From NCBI GenBank assembly GCA_040285855.1, contig JAUFOQ010000005.1, positions 1,364,001 to 1,428,000 of the forward strand: a DNA stretch of 64,000 nt, given 5' to 3'. Source of the stretch: Eukaryota sp. GEM-RC1. Taxonomy: Eukaryota. Shown piece by piece: positions 60,600 through 64,000 of this stretch; the first letter of the stretch is position 1, and each line of letters begins with the position of its first letter. Made by a program: the position numbers and the translations under genes. The notes under the pieces are model-generated. The model was not told where the DNA came from, did not search any database, and was given only the letters and a program-made list of their open reading frames with translations.

Positions 60600-62806
60600 C
60601 AGGGATCGGAAAAAATATATTGCAATATATTTCTGGCAAAAAATATGTACAATAAATATATTGGAAAAAGTGATCATTGCAATAAATAATTGCAATATAT
60701 TGCAATATTTTGGGTAAAATTTGGTCTGTGAAAATGTAGGAAAATGAGATGTTTTTGCTGAAATTTACTGACTGAAAATCAACCACTGGTTACCCCTTTC
60801 AGATACATGTATGAAGAACATCCATTCTGCTTCTTGACGAAACTAAAATGGTTTATTTAAGCAAAATACTTATTCTACGTGTATGTAGAAGGACAAATTT
60901 AAGTTCTACGAGAACCAATGATGGTCTTAATGCTGTTTTCATCCCAATACGACCTGTTATAGAGAAGAAACAGTTGTTTCTCCAAAGATTCTGCAGAAAG
61001 TCGAGTTCTTAAGCAACCAACTGATAACTTAGCTCTACTGAAAAGTCGCTCAAGGGCGTTTGATGTTGCTGGAATGAAAGCAAGATCAATGTAGTCAGAC
61101 GAAGATGGTGCATCTTTTATACTCTTAAGCTGGTTGGAAATTGAATTATCAGGGGAAGATGACATCTGAGGAGCTGATTCTAAAGGACGATCTTCTTTTA
61201 ATAGACGACTTACAGAATTGCGCTCATGAATAGTAAGACATGATTCATTACCTTCAGAGATCTTGATAATGGCGTTCTCAAAATGAGGGGAATGAACTAT
61301 TGAACTTGGAGGGTTATACATGGTATAAGTGTTCATAGTAACATACTTAGCATGCAAAATAGAAAAGGCACTCTTTGACGCAGAAAGTGAAGTGCCGTCT
61401 TTCTGTAAAAATTTTGTAATACTGTCAAAATCGCCATAAGCGTCGGAAAGTTGACGAACAAATACGTTGTCGTTGAAAGAAAGAACGTACCTTCCAACGT
61501 CGGGACCAAAATGGTCGTAAATTTGGAGCTCAAGATATTTTAAGTGACGCCTAATCATAGATATAGCTGAAGACCAGCGGGTCGCATTCCTCTTCAACGG
61601 ACGAAGTTCAGTGAGGTTACGTAGTATTAAGGAATTTTTAACGTGTCGAAGCTCACGGAAAAGTAAATCCAACTTTTCAAGTACGTTGTCTGCTTCATCG
61701 GAGTAATGTTTAACCTCTAAAGCCTTCCTGTGTGATGCACATCCGATAAAAGGTATTTCCAATAGATCGGCCAGACGTGTGTTCCTCGAACAGTTGTCCC
61801 CGACTAGGAAAAGCAAATGACTCCTGTTTCGATCAACTGCACTTAAAATGATATCGATAATTTCAGCGGACTCTGCAGAACCAAAAAGAACGGTTCCAGT
61901 GCGGTTAAAAGGAGTTTCTTCAGTGTTGACTTCGTCAGCTTCAAAGGGGAGCAGACCCAACATAGTCAGTTCTTTTTGTCCTGGACAGGCAGCAAAAACG
62001 CCAAAGAATTCGGTAGATGTCTTATCCATTCGCCAGCCATCGACAACAATCCCGAACTCAGCAGGTAATTGTCTTTTGAGTGAGTTAAAGGCTTCTAAAT
62101 ATGTCAATTTCAGATAATCTGTTAATGTTGGAACAGTAATCGGTTGCAGATTGGAGTACATCTGTGCACAACGTTTTTCCACAAAAGTAAACGGTAGTTG
62201 TTGAGTAACTATCCAGTCCAGCCAACCATAAATTGATTTAGCTTTGTCGACGCTTCTTGTGACACCAGTTTCAGTAAGTTTGAGCTGCGATTGATTATCA
62301 GACATCAATTGCGGTTAATCTTTATGGTGATTCTCAACATGAGTTTTCAGATTTTGGAAGCCAGCCTTATCTGGTATCCAGATGGTACATGGTTTGTCTT
62401 CAGCGTTTCCCTCAAGAACTAGATGAGGGCATATATTGCAATAGTACGCAACTTTTCCTTCCCTTACCCACGGCAGCTGGTTGTGGATTAGCAAGAGTGA
62501 AGAAGAAGTCTGCGAACTTTTTTGGACTTGGAGTGGACATGCAGTGAAAGGAAGTGTTCTTGTCATAGTTTTCAATTACGAATTACCAGTATTCACAATT
62601 GTACGAATTCTAAAACTTTCTGACCCAACAACCCAGTATCTGAACTGTAGGGTTCTTAGTAATATGAGTTGTCAGAGTTACTCTGCAAAAATCTCGTTGT
62701 AACATATTGCAATAAACCCTTTGTTGCAATAAATATATTGCGCATCAAAAGACGTGCAATATTAATTGCAATATATTGCAATACAATTTATTTTTTTCGA
62801 TCCCTG
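60600..62806 (-). mobile_element. Near full-length hAT DNA transposon
   Basis: TIR cagggatcggaaaaaa / ttttttcgatccctg; ATTGCAAT subterminal repeats; flanks catcaact / tttcacaa do not match. Confidence 0.9.
60899..62540 (-). pseudogene. hAT transposase (BED finger + DDE), with one in-frame TAA and one homopolymer shift
   Basis: MSTPSPKKFADFFFT..YYCNIC..NLKTHVENHHKD*; VDGW, VGDN, GCASH, TRWSS, PATSNALERLFS. Confidence 0.88.
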
Positions 62807-63890
62807 TTTCACAATAACAAACGATTAAGTGTATTGCCCCACCAAAATGAAATTTTTTACCAATAACTTTTCAACCGTTCATGTTACCTTTTGACATGTA
62901 TGCTAACAAAATTTCTTGGCTTCATTTCACCAAATTCTTGTTCGTTAATGTTGGAGAAGATCATTGTTTGTCTCAAAAACTACATCCATATACAATCTTC
63001 AATACAGCGCTTAAGGTCATTTCGGTTCTGTTTTATGTGAAACCGACACAGCAAATGATGATCAGATGGATGAAGTTATCTACTGTTTTTATCAGGCATT
63101 TGTCTTGATCTGTAACGATAACACAGAGGAATTATAGATAGGGCCATGTACAACACCATCTACTTTGTAAGCATTATTATTTTCATAAGCCGGAAAATCA
63201 TGTGCTACAACCAATTATGGTGAACAGGGGTGTGTGGAACCTAGTTGTTGAATAGGGATTTTAGAAGTGAAATTTAGCCGTCTGCCTTAATTGTCGATCA
63301 TCTATGCTAATTGTTCGGGTTTTTAGAAGCCTCAGGGAACTGGAACTGGACTCGTTTAGCCTTCTCACTGTAGTTGAATCTCCGACGCTCCTCGTCAGTC
63401 ATGTTTTTGTGAGACGGAATAGCCCAACCATGAGTCGGTTTAGGATACATCAACTATTTGACTTTGTCGACTGCTTCTGTCAGTTCTTTTCTGGTTGCCT
63501 CGAAACGTTGTTGATGATACAAACGTTCTTCATTCCGTGTCCAATATTCAATGTGATCGACGCTATCCTTGTCGTACGTATCATGGGAGGTTGTCCCATG
63601 ACTGGATGTGGCAGTTACAGAAGTGGAACCAGCCAGAGGACCAGGATTGGGTTGTCTGGGAAACTTCGCTGGGAGATGCTTCCTCTCTGGGACCTAGAGG
63701 GGAATCAGAAGGACTGTGAATACGAGGACCAAACAAGGCTGTCGTGTTTCCTTCATCTCGAGGACTCCTTGTAGCTGTCGAGGGATCTTGACTTCGAGGG
63801 CTTCATATTTCTTTATCTTCTACGTCAGGAGATTGTATTGTCTCTTTGTTCGATATTAAAGAACATAATGGGTTTGCGTGCATCTAAATA

Positions 63891-63916
63891 CAGTAACTAT
63901 CGCCATAGTGCCGTTT
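63891..63916 (+). mobile_element. Possible left TIR of a pogo-like element running off the window
   Basis: TA | cagtaactatcgccatagtgccg shares the cagt...tagtgccg pattern with the 58-bp MITEs. Confidence 0.35.
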
Positions 63917-64000
63917 AAATGGATGGTTGGTCCAGATTCTACCCAATGAATCCAATTTCTGTTAGGGAGCAGGTGTGGTTATTTAACAAGTAATAAAAAC

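Noticed and set aside
63304..63774. 156-aa plus-strand ORF
   Set aside because: No recognisable motif; the minus strand looks like a decayed coding sequence, so this is likely a shadow.
1..64000. tRNA, rRNA, spliced-leader or telomeric repeats
   Set aside because: None recognised. The ggtttggttt runs at 58.3 kb are hAT subterminal repeats. A covariance-model scan was not possible.

Overview
AT-rich, intron-poor eukaryotic DNA from a flagellated protist. RSP3 is present and the housekeeping genes are very tightly packed; a metamonad-like organism is my inference only. A small housekeeping trio (RSP3, PP1 inhibitor-3/Ypi1, NIT2) is followed by a TE-rich accessory region made mostly of a direct segmental duplication (copy A ~5.6-31.3 kb, copy B ~37.5-53.7 kb). 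Each copy carries a RING / non-RD kinase / coiled-coil / LRR gene and a putative circularly permuted macrodomain gene. Two further LRR genes of a second architecture, LRR relics, a BTB-coiled-coil-SPRY-like gene and a decayed Crinkler-like kinase lie in or next to the duplication. The most striking feature is in the LRR arrays: near-identical 84-bp (28-aa) units vary mainly at one di-residue (L-x-x-N), the order of these di-residues is completely different between sister genes, and the same di-residue cassettes recur across both architectures. This suggests a repeat-shuffling receptor repertoire. Mobile elements include a young chromodomain Ty3/gypsy deletion derivative with identical 101-bp LTRs, CRE-like non-LTR retrotransposons, many hAT elements and MITEs, pogo/Tigger and MULE relics, 58-bp mini-MITEs and 26-40 nt retroposon-tail micro-insertions. 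Most frameshifts in otherwise intact genes are 1-nt indels in homopolymers and are probably assembly errors. All comparisons were made by eye; no searches were run.
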